From the NCBI GenBank assembly GCA_964599475.1, contig CAZRFU010000008.1:34409-98408 (forward strand): a DNA stretch of 64,000 nucleotides. The letters are read 5' to 3'. The stretch's first letter is position 1. Each line of letters opens with the position of its first letter. The notes beneath the pieces are model-generated. The model was not told the origin of the DNA, did no database searches, and saw only the letters and a list, made by a program, of their open reading frames with translations. Position numbers and translations under genes: made by a program. Source of the stretch: an uncultured Thermoanaerobaculia bacterium (GTDB taxonomy: Bacteria; Acidobacteriota; Thermoanaerobaculia; Multivoradales; CAZRFU01). This document shows, piece by piece, positions 44,363 to 52,282 of the stretch.

Positions 44363-44716
44363 AAGCCGCTGGTCCACTTCGACCATTCGCCAGGTACGGA
44401 AGCTCCGCTGTGGTCACCCGAGCCTTCGCCGCGCTCACACAGCTGCCTGCTCTGGTCGGTGTCACCCCTCTCGAGAAGCGTTCCCGGACCCGCGAGCGCG
44501 CTTCCGCGATCCTCGAGGCAATCGAGTGCGTCGCCCAGGCGGTGCTTCCGCAATGAGCTGGGAGGCGAAGGATGCGAGAGCCAGAGGGTCCACCGCCCTT
44601 GCCTGGCTTAGGTGTCCGACAGCGTGTGCCATGGTAGCCTTCCCAGTAAAGACTCATGACGCATCGGCAGCCCTCGGCACAATTGCCACGGTGACAGGGA
44701 GCCAGAGGAGATCGAC

Positions 44717-46096
44717 ATGTGGCGCCACCACCTCCGCAGCGCAACTGCTGCCGTTTCTCTGCTCCTGCTCGCCCAGTCGGTAGCGGCCGGCGCAGAGAGC
44801 CTCGCCACCGAAACCGAACAGAGGGCTGCTGCCGGTGCAGCGAGGGTTGGAGCCGGGATTGAACAGGACCTCGTGCCACCGCCACTCCTGGCGCGGCCGG
44901 CACCTGAAACCAGCAATCGCTTCTGGTTCACCGGCCATGAGCACGACCCGGCCACCGGCCTGATCTACGCAGGAGCGCGCTACTACGACCCCTCCATCGG
45001 TAGATTCATCTCGGCCGATCCCTTCCCTGGCTTCGCCGATGTCCCTGCGAGTCTCAACAAGTACCTCTACGCCCACGGCAATCCGACGGTCTACGTCGAT
45101 CCAGACGGTCGGCTGGCGATCGTGCCGATTCTTCTCGCCGGAGCTCTCGGAGCCGAGATCGGTTTCTTCGCGGATCTGATCGTGCAGGAGATCGAGCACG
45201 GTGCCACCGACATCGGCTCGTTTCTGCGCAACGACTACGATCCTGTGAGAGGCGTTCTCAGCACCGCCGCCGGCGCGGTTTCGGGAGGCGTCGGCGGCGG
45301 TCTTGCACAGGCGGGTGTTCGCACGTCCGTCGCAGTGGCGACCTCCCTGACCGTCGACAGCGCCCTTGACACCGGAATCGAGATTGCGACGCTCGAGCCC
45401 GGCCAAAGGCCCGATCTCGCCCGCAGGTTTGGTACCAATCTCGCGGTGAACACCGCCATGTTGGGCGTGGCGACCGGTGCCGCGAGGCTCCTGCCGTCGC
45501 GGGCGGGTGCCACCACCTTGATCGAAGAGTCTACCAGCGGCCCCGGCACAGGAAACTTCTCGCAATCGTCGTTCACGGCACCGGCCGGCGTCGACGAGGT
45601 CTCGCAAGTCCTTGGCAGCCGCCCGACTCTGTCGATCGCGCAAGCGCGTGCTCTTCCGCAACCCCATCGTGGCGTGATCCTGGTACGCGAGCCGCCCCTG
45701 CCCGCTACCGCCTCGGCGGCCCGACGGGTCGCCGCGGACTTCGAGTCGGGGACGCATGGGACCCTGTCCGATCCAGCCACTCGTGAGCGCATTGTGCCAG
45801 CGATTCGGTTCGACAACCCGAACCCAGCAGGCTCGAACTTCGTCAAGCTGGACGGCCTGGAGAGCGCAACGCGCCTCATCGACGCAAAGACTCGGCTGTT
45901 GACGTTCACCTCGCGGGGTACCCAGCTCTTCCCTCAGCGCGGTGACCTGCGCCGGCTCAGCGAGGCAGTTCGACAGAATCCCGGTCTGGAGGTGATCCTC
46001 GAGTTCCCTGACGCGCGTTCGCTCCGGGAAGCGCGGCAGCTTCTCCTGGAAAGCGGCATCACCAACCTACGAACCCGGCTGCGGGGAACACCATGA
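44717..46096 (+). CDS. RHS repeat-associated core domain protein with Sec signal peptide and C-terminal PD-(D/E)xK-like toxin domain (mini-Rhs polymorphic toxin)
   Basis: Signal peptide MWRHHLRSATAAVSLLLLAQSVAAGA. RHS core FTGHEHDPATGLIYAGARYYDPSIGRFISADP...NKYLYAHGNPTVYVDPDGR (aa 68-132). Gly-rich hydrophobic segments. C-terminus VPAIRFDNPNPAGSNFVKLDGLESATRLIDAKT. GAGGAG RBS. Confidence 0.85.
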   Translation: MWRHHLRSATAAVSLLLLAQSVAAGAESLATETEQRAAAGAARVGAGIEQDLVPPPLLARPAPETSNRFWFTGHEHDPATGLIYAGARYYDPSIGRFISADPFPGFADVPASLNKYLYAHGNPTVYVDPDGRLAIVPILLAGALGAEIGFFADLIVQEIEHGATDIGSFLRNDYDPVRGVLSTAAGAVSGGVGGGLAQAGVRTSVAVATSLTVDSALDTGIEIATLEPGQRPDLARRFGTNLAVNTAMLGVATGAARLLPSRAGATTLIEESTSGPGTGNFSQSSFTAPAGVDEVSQVLGSRPTLSIAQARALPQPHRGVILVREPPLPATASAARRVAADFESGTHGTLSDPATRERIVPAIRFDNPNPAGSNFVKLDGLESATRLIDAKTRLLTFTSRGTQLFPQRGDLRRLSEAVRQNPGLEVILEFPDARSLREARQLLLESGITNLRTRLRGTP

Positions 46097-46139
46097 GCCG
46101 GCTACCACTGCTCGCCGGTCTGACGCACGGCCACAAACG

Positions 46140-46838
46140 ATGCTGAACGGCGCTGGGACAAACGCCAGCTGGCTGCTGGCGCGCTCGCGACCAGTCGTCG
46201 GGGAGCCGTTGCCGGAGCACCACCACCGAGTCGCTCGCGCAGTAGCCGGGCTGCCCCCCGCCTGGCGCCCCATGCCAGGCTTTGCCGACGCGCTGCCAGA
46301 AATCGGCGATGAACTGAGTACGACCGCGGAACTAGGCATCCTGCCAAGCGCCCTGGCTCGCCTCACCTACGTCTATCGATCAGGCCAGTACCTTCGAGAC
46401 GCTGCCGAGTTCGACGACGTACTCTCCATGCGTTCGGAGCTCGATCTGGACGCCTATCTCCAATGGGCCCACGTCGTGGCGCCGACCTGGATCTCAGCGC
46501 TGCCGGCCTACCGCGCTGCAATCTTCACGGACATCGACCTGGCCCTCGACGATTGGGACCGGGCCGGTTCCCGAGGAGCAGAAACTGGCCGGGACGAAGA
46601 CGGGCGAGACTCGGTCTTCCGAATCTGGCCCGTCAGCTTCTGGGACCGCGAGCTGTGCCGACGTGCCTGGGGGCTTTCACCCGAGCGAATCGCGACCGCG
46701 CTCGCACCGCTGGTTCAGGAGACGCAGCTGATTGCCGATGGCATCCTGGTCATTACGAGCGATCGGATACCCACGCGCGACGAGGTCATTGCGACCAGTG
46801 ACCTTCTGCTGGCGGTCTTGGCCGAGGCCAAAGGCTGA
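46140..46838 (+). CDS. Hypothetical protein, candidate immunity protein 1 (paralogue of 46861-47613)
   Basis: Sits immediately downstream of the Rhs toxin. Shares YLRDAA.(F/Y)DD and an about 65-aa near-identical C-terminal block (DSVFRIWPVSFWD.ELCRRAWGLSPE...LIADG.LVIT.DRIP.RDEVIATSD) with the next gene. Confidence 0.6.
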   Translation: MLNGAGTNASWLLARSRPVVGEPLPEHHHRVARAVAGLPPAWRPMPGFADALPEIGDELSTTAELGILPSALARLTYVYRSGQYLRDAAEFDDVLSMRSELDLDAYLQWAHVVAPTWISALPAYRAAIFTDIDLALDDWDRAGSRGAETGRDEDGRDSVFRIWPVSFWDRELCRRAWGLSPERIATALAPLVQETQLIADGILVITSDRIPTRDEVIATSDLLLAVLAEAKG

Positions 46839-46860
46839 TGGCCTGGCGCGGCGGCGGACT

Positions 46861-47613
46861 GTGACCAGGCAGTACTTCAGCGACCGAGCTGCGCTCCCTG
46901 TCTCGCCCGAGTTCCGGGCGAGGCCCAGACTCGACCTCTCAGCTGAGGATCTGCACCGACAGATCGTTGGAGCCCTGGAGGGCGCTCCGCCGCCCTGGGG
47001 ACTGACCAGCGCGGCCTCGAGTCCGGCGACAGAGGATCTCGTCACCATCTTTCCGCTGACTTTCCAGACTCAGCCAGCCCCGGTCGAGATCCTCGAAAGC
47101 CATCTCTCCTACGCGCTGCGCAGCGCCGCCTACTTGAGAGACGCAGCGCAATACGATGACCAGCTGGTCTTGCGCTTCGTTCCGGCTCCGAACGCAAGCT
47201 TGGGGACCTTGGGTGAGTGGGTGGCCAATTCCGCGCAGATCATGGGCGCCTATCGAGGGGCCCTGGTGGTTGACGAAGAGCTCGCCGCTGACGACTGGGA
47301 AGCGTGCATGCGCCTTGGCCGAGACGGCGTTCGTGACGTCGATGGGCGCGACTCGGTCTTCCGAATTTGGCCCGTCAGCTTCTGGGACACCGAGCTCTGC
47401 CGACGTGCCTGGGGGCTCTCACCCGAGCACGTCGCAACGGTGCTCGCCCCGCTGGTGCAGGAGTCTCGGCTGATCGCCGATGGTGTTCTGGTCATCACGA
47501 CCGATCGGATCCCCAGTCGCGACGAGGTCATCGCGACGAGCGACCGGCTTCAGGTGGCGCTGACCGCTGCTGCGGCCGAGGGGCGACTCCGAAAGGAGGA
47601 AGCGAGCTCGTGA
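46861..47613 (+). CDS. Hypothetical protein, candidate immunity protein 2 (tandem paralogue)
   Basis: GTG 46861 is chosen as the first in-frame start after the upstream stop (the track ORF begins at 46732 inside the previous gene). The C-terminal 196-nt block 47350-47545 aligns without gaps to 46608-46803. Confidence 0.6.
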   Translation: MTRQYFSDRAALPVSPEFRARPRLDLSAEDLHRQIVGALEGAPPPWGLTSAASSPATEDLVTIFPLTFQTQPAPVEILESHLSYALRSAAYLRDAAQYDDQLVLRFVPAPNASLGTLGEWVANSAQIMGAYRGALVVDEELAADDWEACMRLGRDGVRDVDGRDSVFRIWPVSFWDTELCRRAWGLSPEHVATVLAPLVQESRLIADGVLVITTDRIPSRDEVIATSDRLQVALTAAAAEGRLRKEEASS

Positions 47614-48623
47614 GCGAAGTCCGGACCTCCGCCGCTCGCGCGCGGATCGTGGCACTGCGCTCGGCTGTAGCCGGGTTGCTGCTCCTGGGACTCGGGTGTG
47701 CGGCCACGGTCCCACCCGAGAGCGCCGCCGAGCCTCACGCGGTCGAGCTGATCAGGCGTGCGATTCCGGCGCAGAGCGCGCGCGTGGTGGCGGCTTCTGC
47801 GGCGCGCAAGCCGGGCATGGCGACCGTCGTGCTGATCCGGACCGCACATCTCAACGAGGCACCGACTCCGGAGCTCGGCCTGCCGCGCTACGACGCCGTG
47901 GAACGCGGCAAGCTGGTGCCGGTCTTGGTGCAGGCGTTCGAGACCGTCGTTGCCCTCGTCGAGGCGGGCCACCGCGTGGTGGTGGCCGAAGGGACGCCCT
48001 GGCGGGTGGGCGACGAACAGCTGGCGACCATGGCCGGCCTCGGAATCTTCCCCGACCTTGCCGACATCCTCGGCGCCGCAGCGCCGCAGCGCCGTGGCCT
48101 CATCGTCGAGGCCTTGCAGCGCGGCAGCAATCTCGACCTCTCGCTTGCGGTGGCCGCGGCGTTCGGGCCGACGGCCGTCGTCGAGGGGGTAGAAAGCGAC
48201 GAGACCATCCTGCGGATGCTGAAGGTCGGCTCCGTGCTCACCGCTGTCGAGCTCGGGCTCGCCCGGCCCGAGTGGCGGCAGCTGGCCGCGGCAGTCCGCA
48301 GCGGGCGCGCCGACGACGCCGAACGCGAGCGCTACACCATCCTGCGGCGGCAGGCGCTCGACGTCATCGACCGTTTCGTGCAGGAGGTCATCGGCGCACG
48401 CGACCGCGAGCTGGTCGATGGAGCGCTCGCGCTGGCGTTACGCGAGGGCGCGGACACCGTGCTCCTGCCGGCCGGTGGATTCCATACTCCGGGCATGCTC
48501 GCCGAGCTCGAGGTCCGCGGAGCCGGGTACGTGGTGATCGAGCCGATCGCCTACGCCGACGCGGCACCTACCCTCGATGCCTGGCGGGACAACCTCGTTC
48601 GCCGCCTTCCTGCGCTGCCGTAA
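47610..48623 (+). CDS. Lipoprotein of unknown function, translationally coupled to the immunity-like gene
   Basis: GTG 47610 overlaps the upstream stop (GTGA) and follows AAGGAGGA. Lipobox-like LLLLGLGC. 337 aa. No recognised family. Confidence 0.6.
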   Translation: MSEVRTSAARARIVALRSAVAGLLLLGLGCAATVPPESAAEPHAVELIRRAIPAQSARVVAASAARKPGMATVVLIRTAHLNEAPTPELGLPRYDAVERGKLVPVLVQAFETVVALVEAGHRVVVAEGTPWRVGDEQLATMAGLGIFPDLADILGAAAPQRRGLIVEALQRGSNLDLSLAVAAAFGPTAVVEGVESDETILRMLKVGSVLTAVELGLARPEWRQLAAAVRSGRADDAERERYTILRRQALDVIDRFVQEVIGARDRELVDGALALALREGADTVLLPAGGFHTPGMLAELEVRGAGYVVIEPIAYADAAPTLDAWRDNLVRRLPALP

Positions 48624-48687
48624 ATCGGCCGATTCGGGGATTGCACCGGACCCGAGGTCGCGGTCGGTCGCAACCCCGGGCCGATGA

Positions 48688-50070
48688 CTACTTCAGATCG
48701 ACGACCAATGCCGCGCCGACGACTCGCGGATCGGCGACGTCGACGTCCGGTCGAGCGAGGTCGAGCACGATGTGCAGGCGGTTGCCAGGGTGGAGGCCGG
48801 TGCGCACGCGTGTCAGCTCGCTGGTGCCGGCTTCGTAGGTGCCGCGATCGGGTGGAGCCTGGACCCCCTGGAGTTGGAGGATGGCGCGGGGATTGTCGCC
48901 GCCCATCCGGGAGTTGGTGAAGGAGACCCGATCCATCGCCCCGTCGCCGAGGATGACGACACGGGTCGAGCGCACGCCGGGCTCGACCTCGACCCGCACC
49001 ACCCGCGTAAACGGGGTCGCCGGCACCGGCCGCGCCACCTCCGGGGCCGGCTCGCTCACCGGCTCGGGTGTGGCGACTGGCCGCGCCACCGGGGCTTCAA
49101 CGGCCACTTCGGCAATGGCGTCCGCAGCGGGTTCCTCGACGTCGGCGACACCAGCCGTCTCGTCGATCGGCTCGGCGACGACCGAAACGCTCTCGCCGGC
49201 GGTTTCGGCCGTTTCCTCGGGCGGCAGGCTCGATGCCACCTCGGAGCTCGTCTCCGGCGCAGCCTCGGACTCAGCGAAGTACTTTCCCGCAACCCGTTCC
49301 CACCCGCCCAGCGCGAGCCATCCGGCCGCCGCTGCGACGCCGAGCAGCGCCACCACCGCCAAAGCTCGACGGCCGCTCTGGTTGCGCCGCGAGCGCGCCG
49401 ACGTCAGCTCGGGCCACGCGCGTTTGCGATCGGGAATGGGGCCGACCTTCGAGTCTTCCTCCCAGTTCGGCATCTCGACGGGGCGAGGGACAAGAGGCGC
49501 GGGCGCAGCCTTGGCCTGCAACGAGCTCGACGCGACCGCAGCGGGATCGAGGGCGTCGTACGTGCGCGACTTCGCCGCCGGCACGGAGGTCGCCAGAGGC
49601 TCCGGCATCTCGATCGGCGGCAGCAGGGGCTGGAGCGCCTCGGCCGGTCTCGAGACCGGCTCTTCGACGACCGGCGCGGCTGGGCTCGGCTGCGGCAACG
49701 GCTCGACCTCGGCCACCGGACCGAGAGCCTCGGCCAGGCGCGCTGCGCCGTCGCCCTCGAGGCTCACGAAGCGAATCCCGATTCCCGGGGGGCGCCCAGG
49801 GCCCTCGTAGCTCCAGCGCCGCCACGCGACCACCCCACGCCCTTCGATCGACGCCGGCGTCGCCGTCAGACTCAGCTCGAAGGTGAGCTCCGAGCCTTCC
49901 GGCGGCGGATCGGTCAAGGTCACGAACATGCCGCCATCCGACAGGTTCGAGAGGTAGCCGGTCACGTATGATTCGTGGCCCTCGAGCCACAACCAGGCGA
50001 TGCCGTCGGAGTCGAGGCGCTCCGAGGTCCGCGACGCGGTCCCGAGCGGTGCAGGACGATCGCTGCTCAC
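48688..50070 (-). CDS. Transmembrane PilZ-domain (c-di-GMP receptor) protein with periplasmic C-terminal AMIN domain
   Basis: PilZ motifs RTSER (RxxxR) and NLSDGG ((D/N)xSxxG) at aa 14-47. Pro/Ala/Glu-rich linkers. One TM (ALAVVALLGVAAAAGWLAL). C-terminal AMIN-like beta domain (VVRVEVEPGVRSTRVVILGDG...LHIVLDLA). GTG 50070 overlaps the upstream stop. Confidence 0.8.
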   Translation of the reverse strand: MSSDRPAPLGTASRTSERLDSDGIAWLWLEGHESYVTGYLSNLSDGGMFVTLTDPPPEGSELTFELSLTATPASIEGRGVVAWRRWSYEGPGRPPGIGIRFVSLEGDGAARLAEALGPVAEVEPLPQPSPAAPVVEEPVSRPAEALQPLLPPIEMPEPLATSVPAAKSRTYDALDPAAVASSSLQAKAAPAPLVPRPVEMPNWEEDSKVGPIPDRKRAWPELTSARSRRNQSGRRALAVVALLGVAAAAGWLALGGWERVAGKYFAESEAAPETSSEVASSLPPEETAETAGESVSVVAEPIDETAGVADVEEPAADAIAEVAVEAPVARPVATPEPVSEPAPEVARPVPATPFTRVVRVEVEPGVRSTRVVILGDGAMDRVSFTNSRMGGDNPRAILQLQGVQAPPDRGTYEAGTSELTRVRTGLHPGNRLHIVLDLARPDVDVADPRVVGAALVVDLK

Positions 50071-51104
50071 CCTGCCAACTTCTCCCAATCCGAATCGGCA
50101 GCATCCTGGGCGATCGCCAGGCCTCCTTCGGCGCCGATGAACACGGGATCCTTGACCCGGCTGACCTCGGCGCCACCGAGCTCTTCCATCTCGGTCTCGA
50201 GGGCTTCCTTCAAGCCACGGATCATCGAGCCACAACCCGACAGCAGGATGTTGCGGCGCACACGATCCTGGAACTCGGGCTCGACTCGCGCGAGCAGGTC
50301 GGCCATGGTTTCGGCCACCGGGGCCACCAGGGCTTCACACGCCGACCGGACCTCGGCGGTGATGTCGAGCTGGGTGGGTTTGCCGGCCACCGGCGCGGTC
50401 ACCACGACTCGATCCCGCGGCTTGCCGACGAAGCTGTACTGCTCCTTCCACTCGCGCACCATGTGGACCGACACCGAGGCGTCGGGGTAGCGCTCGCGGA
50501 TCGCTTTGGAGAGCAGCTCGTCGATCGCGTCACCGGCCATCGTCAGGGTGCGCTGGTCATCCTCGGTGGGATATCGGCCCATCATCACGCAGAAATCGGT
50601 GGTACCGGCGCCGATGTCGACCACCATCGAGTGCAGCAGCGCATCGGCGCCGTAGGCCACCGCGAACGGCTCGGTGACGATCATCAGCGAATCGACCATC
50701 CCCTTGAGGGCATTGCGCAACTGTTGGCGGTTGACCTTGAGCGCCTCGGCGGGAACCCCAACCACCGCGCGTACCGTCGGACCCGACGAGCCGCTCTTTT
50801 CGATGCCGCAGGCAGCCAGCAGGTGGCGCAACAGCTCGCGCACGGCGGCGAGGTCCTTCTCGGAGCCTTCCTTGATCATGCCCTGCTCGAGCGGACGGTG
50901 CAGGTCGAGCATGGTGCGCTGATCGAGCGCTTCCTGCCCCACCAAGACGTGCTTCTTCACCAACTTGCGCGCCACCATGTCGGCCGGCCACCCGACGTAG
51001 GACTTGGCCGTGTGACGCTCTCCGTTGGAGCAGGCGATGGCGCTCTGCGAGGTGCCGAGGTCGATACCGACCAACACCGTTTTCGCAGCGTTCTTCTCGC
51101 TCAT
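50067..51104 (-). CDS. Actin-like ATPase, MamK/MreB family
   Basis: Phosphate-1 VLVGIDLGTSQSAI, phosphate-2 MVVDIGAGTTDF, adenosine motif LLSGCGSMIRGL. N-terminal region collinear with MamK (SYVGWP...VLVGQEALDQRTMLDLHRPLEQGMIK). ATG 51104 after GGGAGGAAGAAG, overlapping the amidase stop (ATGA). Confidence 0.85.
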   Translation of the reverse strand: MSEKNAAKTVLVGIDLGTSQSAIACSNGERHTAKSYVGWPADMVARKLVKKHVLVGQEALDQRTMLDLHRPLEQGMIKEGSEKDLAAVRELLRHLLAACGIEKSGSSGPTVRAVVGVPAEALKVNRQQLRNALKGMVDSLMIVTEPFAVAYGADALLHSMVVDIGAGTTDFCVMMGRYPTEDDQRTLTMAGDAIDELLSKAIRERYPDASVSVHMVREWKEQYSFVGKPRDRVVVTAPVAGKPTQLDITAEVRSACEALVAPVAETMADLLARVEPEFQDRVRRNILLSGCGSMIRGLKEALETEMEELGGAEVSRVKDPVFIGAEGGLAIAQDAADSDWEKLAG

Positions 51105-52141
51105 GGTCTTCTTCCTCCCGCTGGTGGATGCTGAGCATACCGCTGAACGCCCTCGGCGAGGGCATCCGCTACCCGATCGCGATAGGTCGAATCGCGGAAA
51201 CGTTCGGCATCGCGTTGATGGGACAAACACCCAACCTCGGCCAGAATCGCCGGGATCCCGGTTTCGACCAGCACCAGAAACGGTGCAGTTTTGACCCCGC
51301 GGTCGCGCAACATCGGATCACCCCGCCGCAGCGCCAACACCAGCTGTTGATGCACCGCTTGGGCCAATCGCTGCGAGGAGTCCTGGCGCAGGTCGAGGTA
51401 GATCTGATCGAGCAGACGCCGCACGTCCGCAAAGGAGTAGCCGGATTCGGCGTTTTCGGCCGCGGCCAGCGCCTCGAGACGGGGGTCGTCGGTGGCACCG
51501 AGCAGGTAGGTCTCGATGCCGCGCTGCGCCACACTCGGGTCGAGCCAGTTGAGGTGGATCGACAAGAACAGGTCCGCTTCCGCCCGATTGGCGATCGCCG
51601 CGCGTTCCCGCAGCGGCACCGCAACGTCGGCATCGCGCGTCATCACCACCTCGATGCCGGACTGCACCAGGCGCTCGCGCACCCGCAGCGCCAGATCGAG
51701 CGCGACGTCCTTTTCAGCCAGGATGTCGCCCGCCTGTGCGCCGTAGTCTGCGCCGCCGTGTCCCGGATCGAGGACCACGCGACGGACGCCGAGTGGCAGC
51801 GAGGCGGAACGGATTCGTGGCGTGTCGGCGCCGATCGTCGGGTAGGTCGGTTCGGCCAGGGGAAGGGCAAGCTCCTCGGCCTGCGGCACGACCAGTGGCG
51901 TCACCACGGGGGCGGCGACGACTGCGGCAACCGGTCGTCCACCCCAACTCGCCCGCCACCATCCGAGCCCTACGAGCGAGCCTGCGACCACAACCGTCGC
52001 CACCACCGTCGGCCAGCGGCGTCGCGTCCGCGGCGGCCGGCGCTTGCCTGGGGAAAGGTCGCTGACGTTCGCCGCGACCGCCTGCGACAGCAGCCGTTTC
52101 TTGAGCTGTTTGCTCTGCCGCTCGCGGCCCCACCAACGCAT
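51101..52141 (-). CDS. N-acetylmuramoyl-L-alanine amidase (Amidase_3, AmiC-type catalytic domain) with N-terminal membrane anchor
   Basis: VVLDPGHGGADYGA...EKDVALDLALRV...LFLSIHLN...IETY...AILAEVGCLSH motifs. TM anchor WPTVVATVVVAGSLVGLGWW. ATG 52141 is chosen because upstream sequence is heptamer repeat. Confidence 0.9.
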   Translation of the reverse strand: MRWWGRERQSKQLKKRLLSQAVAANVSDLSPGKRRPPRTRRRWPTVVATVVVAGSLVGLGWWRASWGGRPVAAVVAAPVVTPLVVPQAEELALPLAEPTYPTIGADTPRIRSASLPLGVRRVVLDPGHGGADYGAQAGDILAEKDVALDLALRVRERLVQSGIEVVMTRDADVAVPLRERAAIANRAEADLFLSIHLNWLDPSVAQRGIETYLLGATDDPRLEALAAAENAESGYSFADVRRLLDQIYLDLRQDSSQRLAQAVHQQLVLALRRGDPMLRDRGVKTAPFLVLVETGIPAILAEVGCLSHQRDAERFRDSTYRDRVADALAEGVQRYAQHPPAGGRRP

Positions 52142-52160
52142 CGCGTGAGTGTAGCGGGAA

Positions 52161-52218
52161 CGGGGACCAGGGACCGGGAAACAGGGACCCGGGACCGGGG
52201 ACCGGGGACCAGGGAACG
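52161..52218. repeat. Heptanucleotide tandem array (GGGACCN units, about 8 units)
   Basis: cggggac cagggac cgggaaa cagggac ccgggac cggggac cggggac cagggaa cgg, in the divergent amidase/dinB intergenic region. Confidence 0.85.
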
Positions 52219-52235
52219 GAGCCGTGGAGCCCACC

Positions 52236-52268
52236 CCGATACCTGATACCTGATACCCGATACCCCGG
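52236..52268. repeat. Heptanucleotide tandem array (GATACCY units, about 4.5 units)
   Basis: ccgatac ctgatac ctgatac ccgatac cccgg, 15 nt upstream of the dinB GTG start. Confidence 0.85.
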
Positions 52269-52282
52269 TGTAGCCTTCCCAG

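Noticed and set aside
44356-44556. 66-aa ORF overlapping the end of the giant gene, and other small ORFs in the 44363-44716 gap.
   Set aside because: No RBS, no recognisable motif, and Ala/Arg-rich composition. The gap more likely holds the promoter or leader of the Rhs cassette.
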